DNA of 62,000 nt, from positions 6,510,001-6,572,000 of the forward strand of contig CM059433.1 in the NCBI GenBank assembly GCA_030390025.1. Reading direction: 5' to 3'. The notes beneath the pieces were generated by a model. That model saw nothing but the letters and a program-made list of their open reading frames with translations. It had not been told where the DNA came from and made no database searches. The position numbers and the translations under genes were made by a program. Within the stretch, counting starts at the first letter, position 1. Each line of letters begins with the position of its first letter. Positions 10,799 through 22,654 of the stretch are shown piece after piece. The DNA is from Squalus acanthias (taxonomy: Eukaryota).

Positions 10799-11928
10799 GG
10801 CCGGAATTTTCAGAGGTACGAACGGGTGGGTTGGAGGTATGGGGGGGGTGGTGGGGAGGGGGGAGGGGGAAGTGAAAGTTGTAAAAATGTAAAACCTGAC
10901 CCCAACCCGCCTAATTTCACCTTTCACTCAGGCGGGACCGGGGGGTGGGGTTCATGGGCGGGCTGCCAACCCACTGCCAGGAGGCGGGTTGGCAATTTAA
11001 ATATTATAATGAGGCCTGAAGCCAATGCTTCAGGTTTTACTGCAGGCGGCCGGGGATCTCGGAGCTCGGGATTCCCGGGAGCTGCAACCAGGCAGCCTCA
11101 GCCTCGGGGAGCAATGCTCGTGGGCCGGGAGGAGCAGGAGTGTTTCCTCCCAGCCCCACAAGCTCCACCACTAGCAGCCTTTTGGAGTTGTACCAGCGAC
11201 TGCCATACTTGTGGCTGGCAGTGCGTTGGTCGGCACAGACTGGATCTCATTTCAAGCGAGTTCCTGATTTCAGCTGTGCTGCTGTGGGGACAGGTCCACA
11301 GCAAAGGTCAGGTGTCTGCCTACAGGAGGCGATAGCGAGTGATGAGGTCTCCACCAGGCTTCCCCTGGTAGATGGCCAAAGGCAGCACTGGCGGTGGCCT
11401 GGGAACATCTGACCCATCCTCTAAGTCACAGGATGCACATGACTTGGAGGAATCTGTGAGGGAGGGGAAAAGGAGGGGTGTGGTGGGGGCATGCCATGAT
11501 GGGTGCCTTATCCTCAAAAAAATTCTGTGCAATAACATTACAGAGCTAATCCACTTTCCCAAAGTTAGGGCTCAGGTAAATGAGCCACAAGATGGGAACA
11601 TTTAATTTACAGTGCTACAATTTTATCAAATACAAAACCAGTGAGACTGATCCATAGTCTAAGTTACACAATGGTTAATTGGGGGGGTGGGGTCTTATTG
11701 CAGATCAAAGATGAGTGACAGCCAGAGTAGGGGGTGTAATCAACCATTCTAGTACAGTATATTTTCTCAGCTGCAAGTTGGGAATGAGATCATTCTGCAC
11801 AGTCTGGAATGATGATGTTACTGAGTGCCGACGTTCATCATGTTGGATTTGGCTCTAATCTGGCAGTGTTCGCGTCATTTGAATGATGCCACCTTGATGC
11901 TTTTACTGCCAGAAACAACCAAATTATT

Positions 11929-11954
11929 CACACACACACACACACACACACACA
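11929..11954. repeat. (CA)n microsatellite
   Basis: Seen directly. Confidence 0.9.
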
Positions 11955-12199
11955 ATTAGAGCTAACAGAATGACATGCAGGTTCCTTAACCTCAGCAATA
12001 ACACCAAAAAAAACCAATCTGAACTGTAGAAACATGAGCTTATTAGGTTTTGATGCCCAACACAATTTGCTTCTGTATTAATCACTCAAGATGATCTTCT
12101 GATTGTATGAAATGTGAACTTCAGCAAAAAAGATGCAACTATGGCCATTTGAAATGTGTGAAGAAAAGCTAAACAATAGCTTTAATATATACTGCAATT

Positions 12200-12399
12200 C
12201 ATGGAAGCATGTGGTGGAAGTGGAGACACTCAATGTTTTCAAGGGGAGACTGGATAGGCACTTGAGGGAAATAAACTTGCAGGGCTACGGGGATAGGGCG
12301 GGGGAATGGGACTGACTGGATTGCTCTACAGAGAGCCAGCACGGACTCGATGGGCCGAATGGCCTCCTTCTGTGCGGTTATGACTCTATGACCTCTATG
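12200..12399 (+). mobile_element. CR1 3' end (second subfamily) with ATGACTCT-type tail
   Basis: VVEVETLNVFKGRLDRHL...QGYG; gggccgaatggcct; tail atgactctatgacctctatg. Confidence 0.8.
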
Positions 12400-13116
12400 G
12401 GGGAAAACTTTGGTTGCTTTGCGCCTCCCGTTAGCGCCCTAAGAGGGGGCTAACAGGGCGCAAAGCAACTAGCGCCCGGGCGAAATTCAGCGGGAAGTTA
12501 GCGGCGGTGGTAACCATTAGCGCCCCGCGACGCTGCGATGCCGGCGATGATGTCATCGCCGTGCGCAGCGCCCCGCTCGCGCCCCGGCCGTGATCTTCGG
12601 GAGCGCCCCCTGACTTACCGCCGGGCGCTACGTCCGCCGGGGTCAGGGGGGCCTACCTGCGGCCGGGGTGGCGCTATTTTTGTTGCTGGCCGCCTGCCAG
12701 CACCTGCCTGCGCTCCCGTCCCCGGCCTCCTGAACACCCCCCCCCCCCCCCCCGTGGAGTGCCGGCTGCGCTCCAAGAGCCCGGCACTTCTCTTGAGTGC
12801 CGGGCTCTTTTGCCGGCACTCCTGATTCCCGGGAGCCCAGCTGGGCCCCGGGTCACGCTGTGCAAGGCCCCTCCCCTTTAAGAAGGGGAGGAAGGCCTGC
12901 AATACCGCGGCACGTGGTGCTGCGGCATGTAGCGCCGCGATATTCCCTTACAGCGCCCCAAGGGGGAGGCGGGGCGCTTCCAGTAGCGCCACGCTTCCCT
13001 CTTGGGGCGCTACCGATGAATTTTGGCCGCGGGGGCGCTAATTTTTTCGGGGCACTAAAACTAACGCCCCGGTGAAGTTAGCGCCCCAAAGGGGGCGCGA
13101 CTCAATTTTTCCCCCC
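12400..13116. mobile_element. GC-rich Harbinger MITE family B, copy 1
   Basis: ATG|GGGGAAAA...TTTTCCCCCC|ATG, 3-bp TSD; colinear with 33690-34426. Confidence 0.88.
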
Positions 13117-13375
13117 ATGTGTTATAACAGCAGTAGCGTGTTAGGTTACCTTTAAATATTACCAGTGCACCAAAGAGCCTTCACATTGCAGAACTGCAGA
13201 ATAATCACATTAGAAAAGCTATTGGTCGTGATTTGACTGCACAGTATTTTAATTACATTCTCACTCGCTAAATATTTTTACAATTCACTTTTTGCTTGCA
13301 TGGTGGATTGCTGAAACATAATCAGCTCACTGACCACCACATTCAACTTTGCTGTTGAGACCCAAGAGCATGGAT

Positions 13376-13645
13376 ACATAAGAACATAAGAAATAGGAGC
13401 AGGAGTCGGCCATTCGGCCCCTTGAGTCTGCTCTGCTATTCAATAAGATCATGGCTGATCTGATCTTGGCCTCAACTCCACTTCCCTGCCCGCTCCCCAT
13501 AACCCTTGACTCCCTTATTGTTCAAAAATCTGTCTATCTCCATCTTAAATATATTCAATGACCCAGCCTCCACAGCTCTCTGGGGTGGAGAATTCCAAAG
13601 ATTCACCACCCTCTGAGAGAAGAAATTCCTCCTCATTTCCGTTTA
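13376..13645 (-). mobile_element. CR1 3' end
   Basis: acataaga-type tail and reverse complement of the CR1 3' UTR and ORF2 end. Confidence 0.9.
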
Positions 13646-13720
13646 GGATACACTTACACCAAGGGAGGAGAATGCCATCAGGCTGTAATAACTGCGACTG
13701 AATCCTTTACCAACCTAGAC

Positions 13721-14535
13721 CTGTGGTTTTCAAAATTTCCCATGTGGGAACTCCTGCAGATATTGACACACGGCCCAGGACCTCTGTCAGAAAGGCGGCA
13801 TCAGCTCGCTTAGCAAAACAGCGCGTGATTGCAGAATTTTATTTTTCATTTATCAAAAGTTCCAGCAAGTCGACAGTACAGAAAAATATAGGCTTACATT
13901 TCACGCCCACCCACCCCCCCACCCCCCGCCCCCGGCCAATTCTTCTGTGGATCCAGTGAGCAGAGCTGGAAAATTGTTCAGCGAAGGGCTCGACTGCATT
14001 CCCACCCCCTCCTGTGCCCACATGTTCCCTCTCCTCTGCCAATTCTTGGCCCCTGGGCCAGGTGGAGGAGGGTTATATATGAGTGGGTGTATTACAATTA
14101 GATGCAAATCAATGAATTACATGCTCCGACATATTTCTCTTCATTTCGGCCTGTGGAAGATTGGCAACAAGGAACACCTGTTAGGCCCAGGTGTCCAGCC
14201 TTCTCCTGATAAAGGTGGAGACCCTCCTCCCCCACCCCCCCCCCCCCCCAAGTGTTTTGTTTATTATCAGGGCCTAAGCAATAACCACAGGGCGAGACCT
14301 TGCACAGGCTAAAGAGGAGCTCCTACCCCCCAAAGTACTAATGGTCCCGAGGTCTGAAGGTCAACCAGGTCATTGGCACGGGCCTGTGGCGAGCCGAAGC
14401 CCTGCCCTCCTGAAGATGTGCCCCAAAGGATGACAGAAAATCCCGATCATAGAATAGAGAATTTGACACACTGAGCTCCCGGCACGCAGTAGGACCTCCT
14501 GAGACCCCCTCGTGGACCCCAGTTTGTAAACCTAG
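13721..14535. mobile_element. Possible old hAT/Charlie-like non-autonomous element, with nested sequence
   Basis: Starts CTGTGGTTTTCAAA after acctagac and ends GGACCCCAGTTTGTAAACC; TIR and TSD eroded. Confidence 0.4.
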
Positions 14536-14727
14536 ATTCTAACTTGAAGCAGTTATTCCATTAATTTTTAATAGTGAAATTAGTCTAACAGTAAAGTCAT
14601 CTTTAATTAGGTACAGTGCGTTGTGGAAGAAAAAAAAAACAATTACTAAGAAAATGACAGAGATGATGTTATTTAGTCTCTGGAACAAAGAAAAAGAATT
14701 GCTTCTCCCTTAATGTGGAAAGACTTG

Positions 14728-15447
14728 GGGCGCGATCTTGCCAGCCCTGGGGAGATGGGTATAGAGGCGGGACTGCTGGAAGAATGGCAGAATTTGGGGG
14801 CGGTAGTTAACAGGCAGATAAGAAGATTATCCCCATTTTACCCACACAAGTGCGGGCTTCCCGAAGGCTGCGAACCCCGCCAGGGTCACCAAGGTGAGCA
14901 GTGGGTCTGCGGGGGTCGGAGGGGTGCAAAAGTGCGCTGTGAAGGTAAGTGATGGGTGCAAGTGTGGGGAGGTAAGTACGTGAGGTGAGTGGAAAGTGTT
15001 AGAAAATGTTTACTTACCTTTGTTTCTTCCTGCAGGCTGCAACCGTTGGGGATGCGGAGAGTCTCGCTCCTCCGCGGCAGAGATGACAGATGGCTGCTGC
15101 ATTCTCCGATGCAACAACCATCTAATTTCTGCAAAAGAAAGAGGTTTGATGAGTTTTGAATTCAAGAACTCATCAAACTACAGAGAATGTCAGTGTTTGA
15201 CAGCTTCACAGAGCTGTCAAACGATGACAATTCATCTGTCAAAAATTTTTGACAGATGAAACGTCATACGTTGACGTTCTCTGTAACTGGCTTTCCCTTA
15301 ATTGGCCTGCTGAGCCCACTGGGCGGGCTTAACAAGGTCAATCAAGGGAAAATAGCGTGGGTTGGCCAGAAGTTGATGGAGGCGGGACTGAAACCTAACA
15401 AGTGGGAGTCCTGCCTCCAAAAGCTCCCCATTGGCAAAATCCAGCCC
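14728..15447 (-). mobile_element. Harbinger MITE family A, copy 3
   Basis: GGGCGCGATCTTGCCA...TGGCAAAATCCAGCCC; flanks ttg/ctg. Confidence 0.88.
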
Positions 15448-16001
15448 CTGGTTCATTTGCTTAAACCACATTTATAATTGTTGAAAAATATTATCCTCAG
15501 TGCAAATAAGATTTTTCCAGATCACTTTTTGTAAAGTTTATCTTAAATCAGAAATGTCATTAAAAGTGAGCAGGTGGAGAAACAATTTCTGCGAGCTCAG
15601 TGTTCATGGAAGCTTTGCTGCAGATTTCAGGGAATTACATCGCTTGGCAACTGCATTTATTTTTCTCAAGTCTCCTCCTAATTAAAAAATTAATGAACTC
15701 TTTATATAATAATAGAGCCCGATATTCAATTTATATAAAATCTTTTGCTCATTTTTTGGCTTATTTTTTGACATTTTTATTATCCCATTAGGCCCAGCTC
15801 TAACTACAATAAAGTAGAAACCAAACAGGAAAAGGCTGTGTAATAGCTGCTGTCTACAATTGCCTTTCCAATCCTTGGAGCACAGCATACCATCAAAATA
15901 GGAGAACTTAGCCCAAGAAAGCTAAGCACCGCCTTTTTCACTCTGTTTCTATTCCCAGTGTGGATATTTAAAAAGGGACAAAGTAAGAATTTCAAACACA
16001 A

Positions 16002-17560
16002 AGGCCGCGATTTTGCCGGCGCTCAGAGGGCGGGTTTGGAGGTGGGTCAGAGGTTAGAGTCGTTTTGATTGACGGCGGGTTCCGAACCCACCGTCAACCC
16101 GCCTCCACACAACCTTCCCAAGTGTCGGGTCCCCAATTTGCGAATGGATCCGACACCTAGCGTCGGGAAACGGATTAAAGGCAATTAACTGCCTATTAAC
16201 AGGTACTTGTGAGCAATTTTCAGGGTCATTTTCGATTTTCCAGCTTCTGGGTCGGGTTTTACGATGTCCGGACACCACGCCAGGTAAGTGTGGCGTGTTG
16301 TGAGTCTGGTCTGATGTTTATGGAATGATGACAGCTGCAGAAGTGGTGTTAAGGATCCAATGTCGCACATGGTGAGTTTCAGAGCAAAGAAAATGTTGGT
16401 TACTGCATTTTTAATACATATACAGATTTCTTTAGCTTACAAGTTTTTAAATCCAACTATATGTCCAGTGCCACCTCATTGGGAGAACCTCTCTCACCAG
16501 TGACAGATCGCTTCCGTCATCTCACCTGCAGCTGCCATCTATTCCAACAACATCGGAGCCAATGAAACAATCAGACCTTGGTCCTCCGAATCCTTCCACA
16601 ATCATCCCAAACACCAACATCACCAACCTCATCACCAACCTTCGCCGCCATCACCTGATGCTGCACTGGACACAGGGCATCAGCCCCTGACAAAATTGCT
16701 GGCCGGGAGGCCAGCGATGGCATCACCATGGCCAGACTTTCTTCACTTGATGCTGTAAACCCTGGCTGCCACATGATGCGCCAGGTTGACACCATCCCAC
16801 ACCAGCACCGTGAAGCATCCCTTTCATGTCCAAGCCATTCCATGCACACACATCACTATAGCGGGGCGGGGGTGGGGGGGGCGGTGGAGTTAAGACTGAA
16901 CAATCACAGTAAGACGCTTCTCAATGTGTGCTCAGATCTGTCCAATAAGGGGCACTTTTTGAAAAAGAGATTTCACTGTGTGACAACACATTACCAGAAA
17001 CTTCACATGGACATTGGCTAAACCTCTCAAGTGCCCACCCTTGTGTGTTGTTAGTTGGTATACTTGCAGTAGAATGAGGGTGAGTGTGAGGGGTGGCTAG
17101 TGAGATGGGGAAGTGATAAAGTAGATAGAGAGGGTTGGGTGGAGGTGCAAGGTAAGTTGGTGTCCTGGGGAGGTCTCTTCCGCCCTTGGAAGGGAAGAGA
17201 ACCTCCATGCATGCTGTGACTCCCTCCATAAGCATATGGAGGGAGTCATTGGAGAGCCTGGGTGCAAGAGTTCACCTTTGCGCAGTGATTGTTAGTGTTT
17301 TCAGCACTTCAATGCTGTCAAACACTGAAAAATCAACTGTCAAAATAAAATTGTGCATGGTCCCTTTAAGGAAACCGACAGATGACGTGTCATCAAATGA
17401 CGTCATCAGACCCGCTTCCTGTTAATTGGCCGGTAAGGCGGGGCTTAACAAGGGAAAATCACATCTGCAGAGTGGAGGCAGCTGGGGGCGGGACCAGAAC
17501 CCGAACCCGAAAACCAGCTGACCCGCCCCCATCCCGACACCGAGGAGAAAATCGCAGCCT
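16002..17560 (-). mobile_element. Internally deleted Harbinger element related to family A, retaining the Myb-gene start
   Basis: TIR AGGCCGCGATTTT/AAAATCGCAGCCT; minus strand APRLSNDSLHMLMEGVTACMEVLFPSKGGR resembles Myb exon 1 at 60846. Confidence 0.78.
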
Positions 17561-17664
17561 AAGAGTCAAACCCCCAGACCCCTAAATAGTCACCCAACTT
17601 TCCACCCAACTTCTGCCTGCATGATTCAATTATAACTTCATATTGGAAATGAAAACTTTCAGTA

Positions 17665-18040
17665 TGGCAAACAGTTGAGGAGTGATCTTATTGAAGTGTT
17701 TAAAATGATAAAGGAATTCAATAGGATCGACAGAGAGAAACTATTTCCTTCGGTGGGGGATTCCAGAACAAGAGGGCATAATCTTCAAATTACATCAAGC
17801 CCATTTAGGAGCGAGATCAGGAAGTACATTTTCACACAAAGGGTAGTGAAAATCTGGAACTCTCTCCCCCAAAAATCTGTGGATGCTGGGGGTCAATTGA
17901 AATTTTCAAGACTGCGATCGATAGATTTTTGTACGGTCAGGGTATCAAGGGTGGCAGATCAAAGGTATGGATCAGCCATGATCTAATTGAATGTCGGTAC
18001 AGGCGCGAGGGGCTGAGTGGTCGAATCCTATTCCTATATA
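17665..18040 (+). mobile_element. CR1 3' end
   Basis: RSDLIEVFKM...TRGHN...FTQRVVKIWNSLPQK. Confidence 0.88.
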
Positions 18041-18729
18041 CTGCATTCTAATATGGTGGATAATTTACAGTAATACAGAAAATCAATCAGAAACTTTGTT
18101 TTAAAAAGGAGAATAGGAATAATGAAAAACGCATCCGAATGTAATAACAAGAAATGATGTAGGTAACTCTGCAGTTTCTTAGAAAACACCCAGGGTATAA
18201 TTTCCTAGAGGTTTTTAATGTCACTCGCTCATGGTCTCACCTCTCGTTTGCTGCCTTTCCCTAAACTGTCACTTTCAGCTCCCAAGCCCGACCTCTCCAA
18301 TAAAAAACGGTAGACCCATATCCACAGAAAACCTTCAGCGATCTGGTTTGCCCTGTTTCCTTTTGTCCATCCCATCAATGATTAAAATCCTTCTCTTCCA
18401 AAAAATAAAGACTCTTTCATCAGCAGTCACTTAATAGGATGGAAAGAGAGAACAGCACTTGGCTCATCTGAGACCTTGTTGCCTATATCATTACATTCTC
18501 ACAACCATGCAAGAGCTTTTTAATTATTAACAAGTCATGTGGCAACAATGGAAATGTAAGGAGGCAAAATGCAGTGAGGGCAGATCACAATTCAAATAAT
18601 TATTAAGGCTGTAACAAATGTATAGAGATGACAGCTAACATTTCCACCCTTGCAAAAGTATAGATAAACATTGGTCATTTCACATTCAAACCTGTACACA
18701 ATCGAACTGGACGGAAGAATAGATTATTT

Positions 18730-19486
18730 GGCCTAGAAATTCGGTAGCGTCCATTTTCGGCACCTTACCCGCAGAGTGCTAACAGCCCGCACTCAAATGG
18801 GGAGGCCCAAGGAGCTCGGGATTTTGGGCCTCGGACCTTGTTGTCGTGTAGATGGCGCAGCGAGCGGTAGGAGCCTGCACAGGTTCGTGCGCCAATTTTC
18901 AGGTACGTGAATGGGGAAGAAGATCGCGGGGGGGTCTGGAGGAGGAACGACTGGGCCTCGGAGTGCGATGGGAGGGCTGTCGGGGGAAAAGATCGCGGGG
19001 GTCTGGAGTATTGTTGGGGGGTTGGGAGTGCTGCCGGGGGTGGGGGGTGGGGGGTTAGGAGGTCGGGGCTGGGGGGGGTGGTGGGTGGGAGACCGGGGGC
19101 CTGGATGTCGGAGTCGGGAGTGAGGTCGGAGATATCGGGACCAGGAGCAGCGGTGATTATGGTAAGTACTTACCTTTCTTTAATTCCGTGCTGTTTACCG
19201 TTGGTTTTGCTGGAAGCAATCAGTACTTGTGCTGGCTGCCTCAAATACAAACCAAAGTTGCAAGAGTGAGTAGAAGCAGGCGTTAGACCCCTGATTTGCA
19301 TATGTTAATGACCTAATGCCTGTTTCAGATGTGGGTAAAGGACGCCTCTTGTTTGGCCCTTACCAAGATGCCATCTGGCGCGGCCCGCACCAGAATTGAG
19401 CGCGTGTGGCGTGGTCGCCATTATGGACACAAAACGGAACCCGTAGTGTCAAAAAACTGGCCGCCACGGAGCCAGATTTCTAGGCC
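18730..19486. mobile_element. Harbinger MITE family C
   Basis: TTT|GGCCTAGAAAT...ATTTCTAGGCC|TTT: 11-bp TIR and 3-bp TSD; right end homologous to the left end of 26972-30042. Confidence 0.85.
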
Positions 19487-19831
19487 TTTGATTTTGTTTG
19501 GAGGCTGCAGCCTAGAGATAGTAAAATGGAGAAAGGCCGACAAGGTATTCAACCTTCCTTTCTAATCTTTGCTTTGGGAAATTGTGAGAACAGAATTGCT
19601 ATCTTGTAGCGTTTACATTACTTTGTGGATGGAGTCTTTTTGGATTTGCAAGGAGATAAATAACCAAAAGAGCAAATTTCTTGGATTTATTCAATGCCTT
19701 TTTTATTCACCTTTTAATGTGTCAAATAAAAGTTAGTACTTCGCACTGCATTTAAAAAGCTCCACAAATTATTCTTTCATATTGTCTTTTTATATTGCTA
19801 AATTATTTATCCAGTCTTGGAAAGAAAGAGG

Positions 19832-20250
19832 AAATAAAGACTTGCAGTTATAAAGCCCAAAGCAATTTACAGCCAATAAGGTACTTTTGAAGTGTAGTCA
19901 CTGTTGCAATGTAGGAAACGCGGCAGCCAATTTGCACACAGCAAGCTCCCACAAACAGCAATGAGATAATGACCAGATCATCTGTTTTTAGTGATGTTGG
20001 TTGAGGGATAAATACTGGCCCAGGACACCGGGGAGAACTCCCCCTGCTCTTCTTCAAAATAGTGCCATGGGATCTTTTAAAGTAGGCAGGGCTTCGGTTG
20101 AAAGACGGCACCTCCGACAGTGCAGCACTCCCTTGGCACTGCACAGGAGTGTCAGCCTAGATTGTGTGCTCAAGTCTCTGGAGTGGGACTCAAACCCGCA
20201 GCCTTCCGACTCAAAGGCGAGAGTGCTGCCCACTCAGCCAAGGTTGACAC
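19832..20250 (-). mobile_element. Deu-domain SINE
   Basis: Reverse complement of the 39005 and 53843 copies, with small deletions. Confidence 0.85.
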
Positions 20251-20327
20251 GTATTCCAATTATTTGTTCCACTGATGGTGGATTGCTAATAATTCAAGAG
20301 CTCAAATAAAAGTATAAAAGATATATT

Positions 20328-21176
20328 GGGCTGGATTTTCTCAGCCCCGAGGAGGCGGGCATGGAGGCGAGACTGCCGGAAAAGTAGCAGAAAGTGGGGG
20401 CGGATGGCAAACCCGCCCCCATCCCGCCTCCGTGCCCTTTTGCCAGGAGGCGGGAAGATGTGCTGCTTCGGGGGTCCCGTCTCCTGGAGGCGGGAAAGGG
20501 ATTAAATCCTTTTAACTGCCTGTTAACAGGGTAGTTAACAGGCAGAAAAAAGGATTAGTGCCATTTTACCTTCACAGGTGAAGGCTTCCCGACCTCGGAG
20601 GACCCCGCCAGGGTGTAGGAGACGAGTAGGAGGTCTGCGGTGGTCGGAGGCACCTGGAAGTGAGATGTAGAGGTGAGTGATGGGTGCAAGTGTGGAGTGG
20701 TAAGTATGGAAGGTGAGTGTTAAGTGTTAAAAAATGTTCACTTACCTTGGTTTCTGTCTACAGCCTTCATCCACCCTGGATCGGGAGACCCAACATCTTC
20801 CTTGTCGATTTCACAGACTGGCTGTTGTATCCTCCGACCCAACAGCCATCTGAAATCTACAAAGTTGAAAGGTTTGATGGGTCCTGAACACAAGGACTCA
20901 TCGAAATACAGAGAATGTCAGTGTTTGACAGCTTCACAGAGCTGTCAAACGCTGACATTTCTTCTTTCAAGAAGTCTTGACAGATAGCACGTCTGACGTT
21001 GACGTGATCTGTCAGTGACTTACCCCCTAATTGACCTGCTGAGCCCGCAGGGCGGGCTTAACAAGGTCAATCAGGGTAAAATCCCCCTGGTTGGTCAGAA
21101 GATGATGGAGGCGGGACATTGACACAACAAGCAGCAGTCCCTCCTCCAACTCGTCTCCATTGAGAAAATCCAGCCC
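20328..21176 (-). mobile_element. Harbinger MITE family A, diverged subfamily copy
   Basis: 16-bp perfect TIR GGGCTGGATTTTCTCA/TGAGAAAATCCAGCCC; colinear with family A; flanks att/gct do not match. Confidence 0.88.
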
Positions 21177-21774
21177 GCTGTCTCCTTCAAAATGTGGAAT
21201 TAATTAAATGAATATCAGTAAAGTTATGAGTTATTTGATTTGTTCCCTCGCCTACCAGACTCTCTGCCGATGAATTTCTCTGCCAGTTCAAGAGCACAAC
21301 AATGCTGTGTCTCCTTCTCACTAGCGACATGCTGATGCTGTTTCTCCTTCTCATTGGCCTCAAATTTGCGTAATTTTCTCTCTTCACATCTACTGCACTC
21401 TTTTCTTCTCGTCTCAACAACCCTGGTTGAAACTTTCCTCCTAAATCTTTCTTTCTTTCTGCAGATATTGTTTGTATTTTTTTTTTACTACTGTTACAGT
21501 ATTAATATTCAGCTCGTTTTAAATTGTGCGTCAGATCTCAGTGAGCTCCATGAATCTCACTGTAAATTGCCACCACTTGTGTTTTATGCCTTTTCGAATT
21601 TTTTTTTTTAACCCTAGATTATTTTGGTCGTCATATTTAGATCAGTCTTGGGCGAGTCCCAATCTCCACAGAGTGTCTATCCCTGACTTGAGATCGAGGC
21701 AAACTTTCAACAGTGCAACCGTGAAATAAACAGCAAACCCTTTCTAGTAATATTTTTAAGCTATTAGACTTATT

Positions 21775-21895
21775 TTTGCCTACATTACAACAGTGACTGC
21801 CCTTCAAAAGTGCTTATTTGGCCATAAAGTGCTTTTGGATATCCTGAGGTTGTGAAAAGCGCTGCATAAAATGCGAGTCTTTCTTTCTTTCTTTC
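21775..21895 (+). mobile_element. Deu-domain SINE 3' tail
   Basis: cctacattacaacagtgact...(cttt)n. Confidence 0.75.
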
Positions 21896-22654
21896 ATTAG
21901 ATCTCCCTCTGGCCTTCAAAAGAAATAGATCATCGCGTTAGACCTCATTTTAAAATATCAAGCAAATTTATTTTACAGAAATGAAGCAGCATGTAAAGTC
22001 ATATGTTGATGTTCTGTATTAATAGTAGCAGCCTTCTACAGAACTCAAGTGGGCAAAACAAAAAGATTGCAGCTCTGTGAACTAAGCTAAATAACTTTTG
22101 AATACAGTGACTTTCCTTTCTGTAAACAGACTTCATGTTCAACTTCTTTTCAAAAACGCACAAACTGAAATGCTGCTAAACTGGCAATTAGACTGCAAGT
22201 GCTTATTTAGTAAGATTTAAAAATCTGGAGTACAAGTGTACGTCTTGCGTTACGTAACTGACCGACAGCAATGGATCAGGCCTTTAGATACAGTACAAGT
22301 CCCCCAGACATTACATGCCAGACCTCACTGACCGGCCCCGGGTGAGTGCTGGCCTCCTGTAACGTGTATAGAACAGGCGTTCAATCTGCTGATATGTTTC
22401 TGCAGCAATCACCATGAGCCTTCTCACTGGTCTGGACATACTCTGCATAGTTATTGAAGACCTTGGCGGAGATAGATAGATCTCTGCCGCTTTCTCTCAG
22501 GTTGACGCGCCGGCAACGGCTGCACGCACGGGCGTGCTTTGGGGAGGATGGTAAAAAGAGCGGCGATGTCCAAAGTCGCTCAGCATGCGTCAATTCGGCG
22601 TTGCACGCCGATTGACGTCACACTCTTGATCATTAGGTGAACGCAGGCAACGAC

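Noticed and set aside
22381..22650. 70-aa minus-strand ORF in CpG-rich sequence
   Set aside because: 22560-22630 resembles the Harbinger subterminal region near 27130; more likely a transposon relic than a host exon
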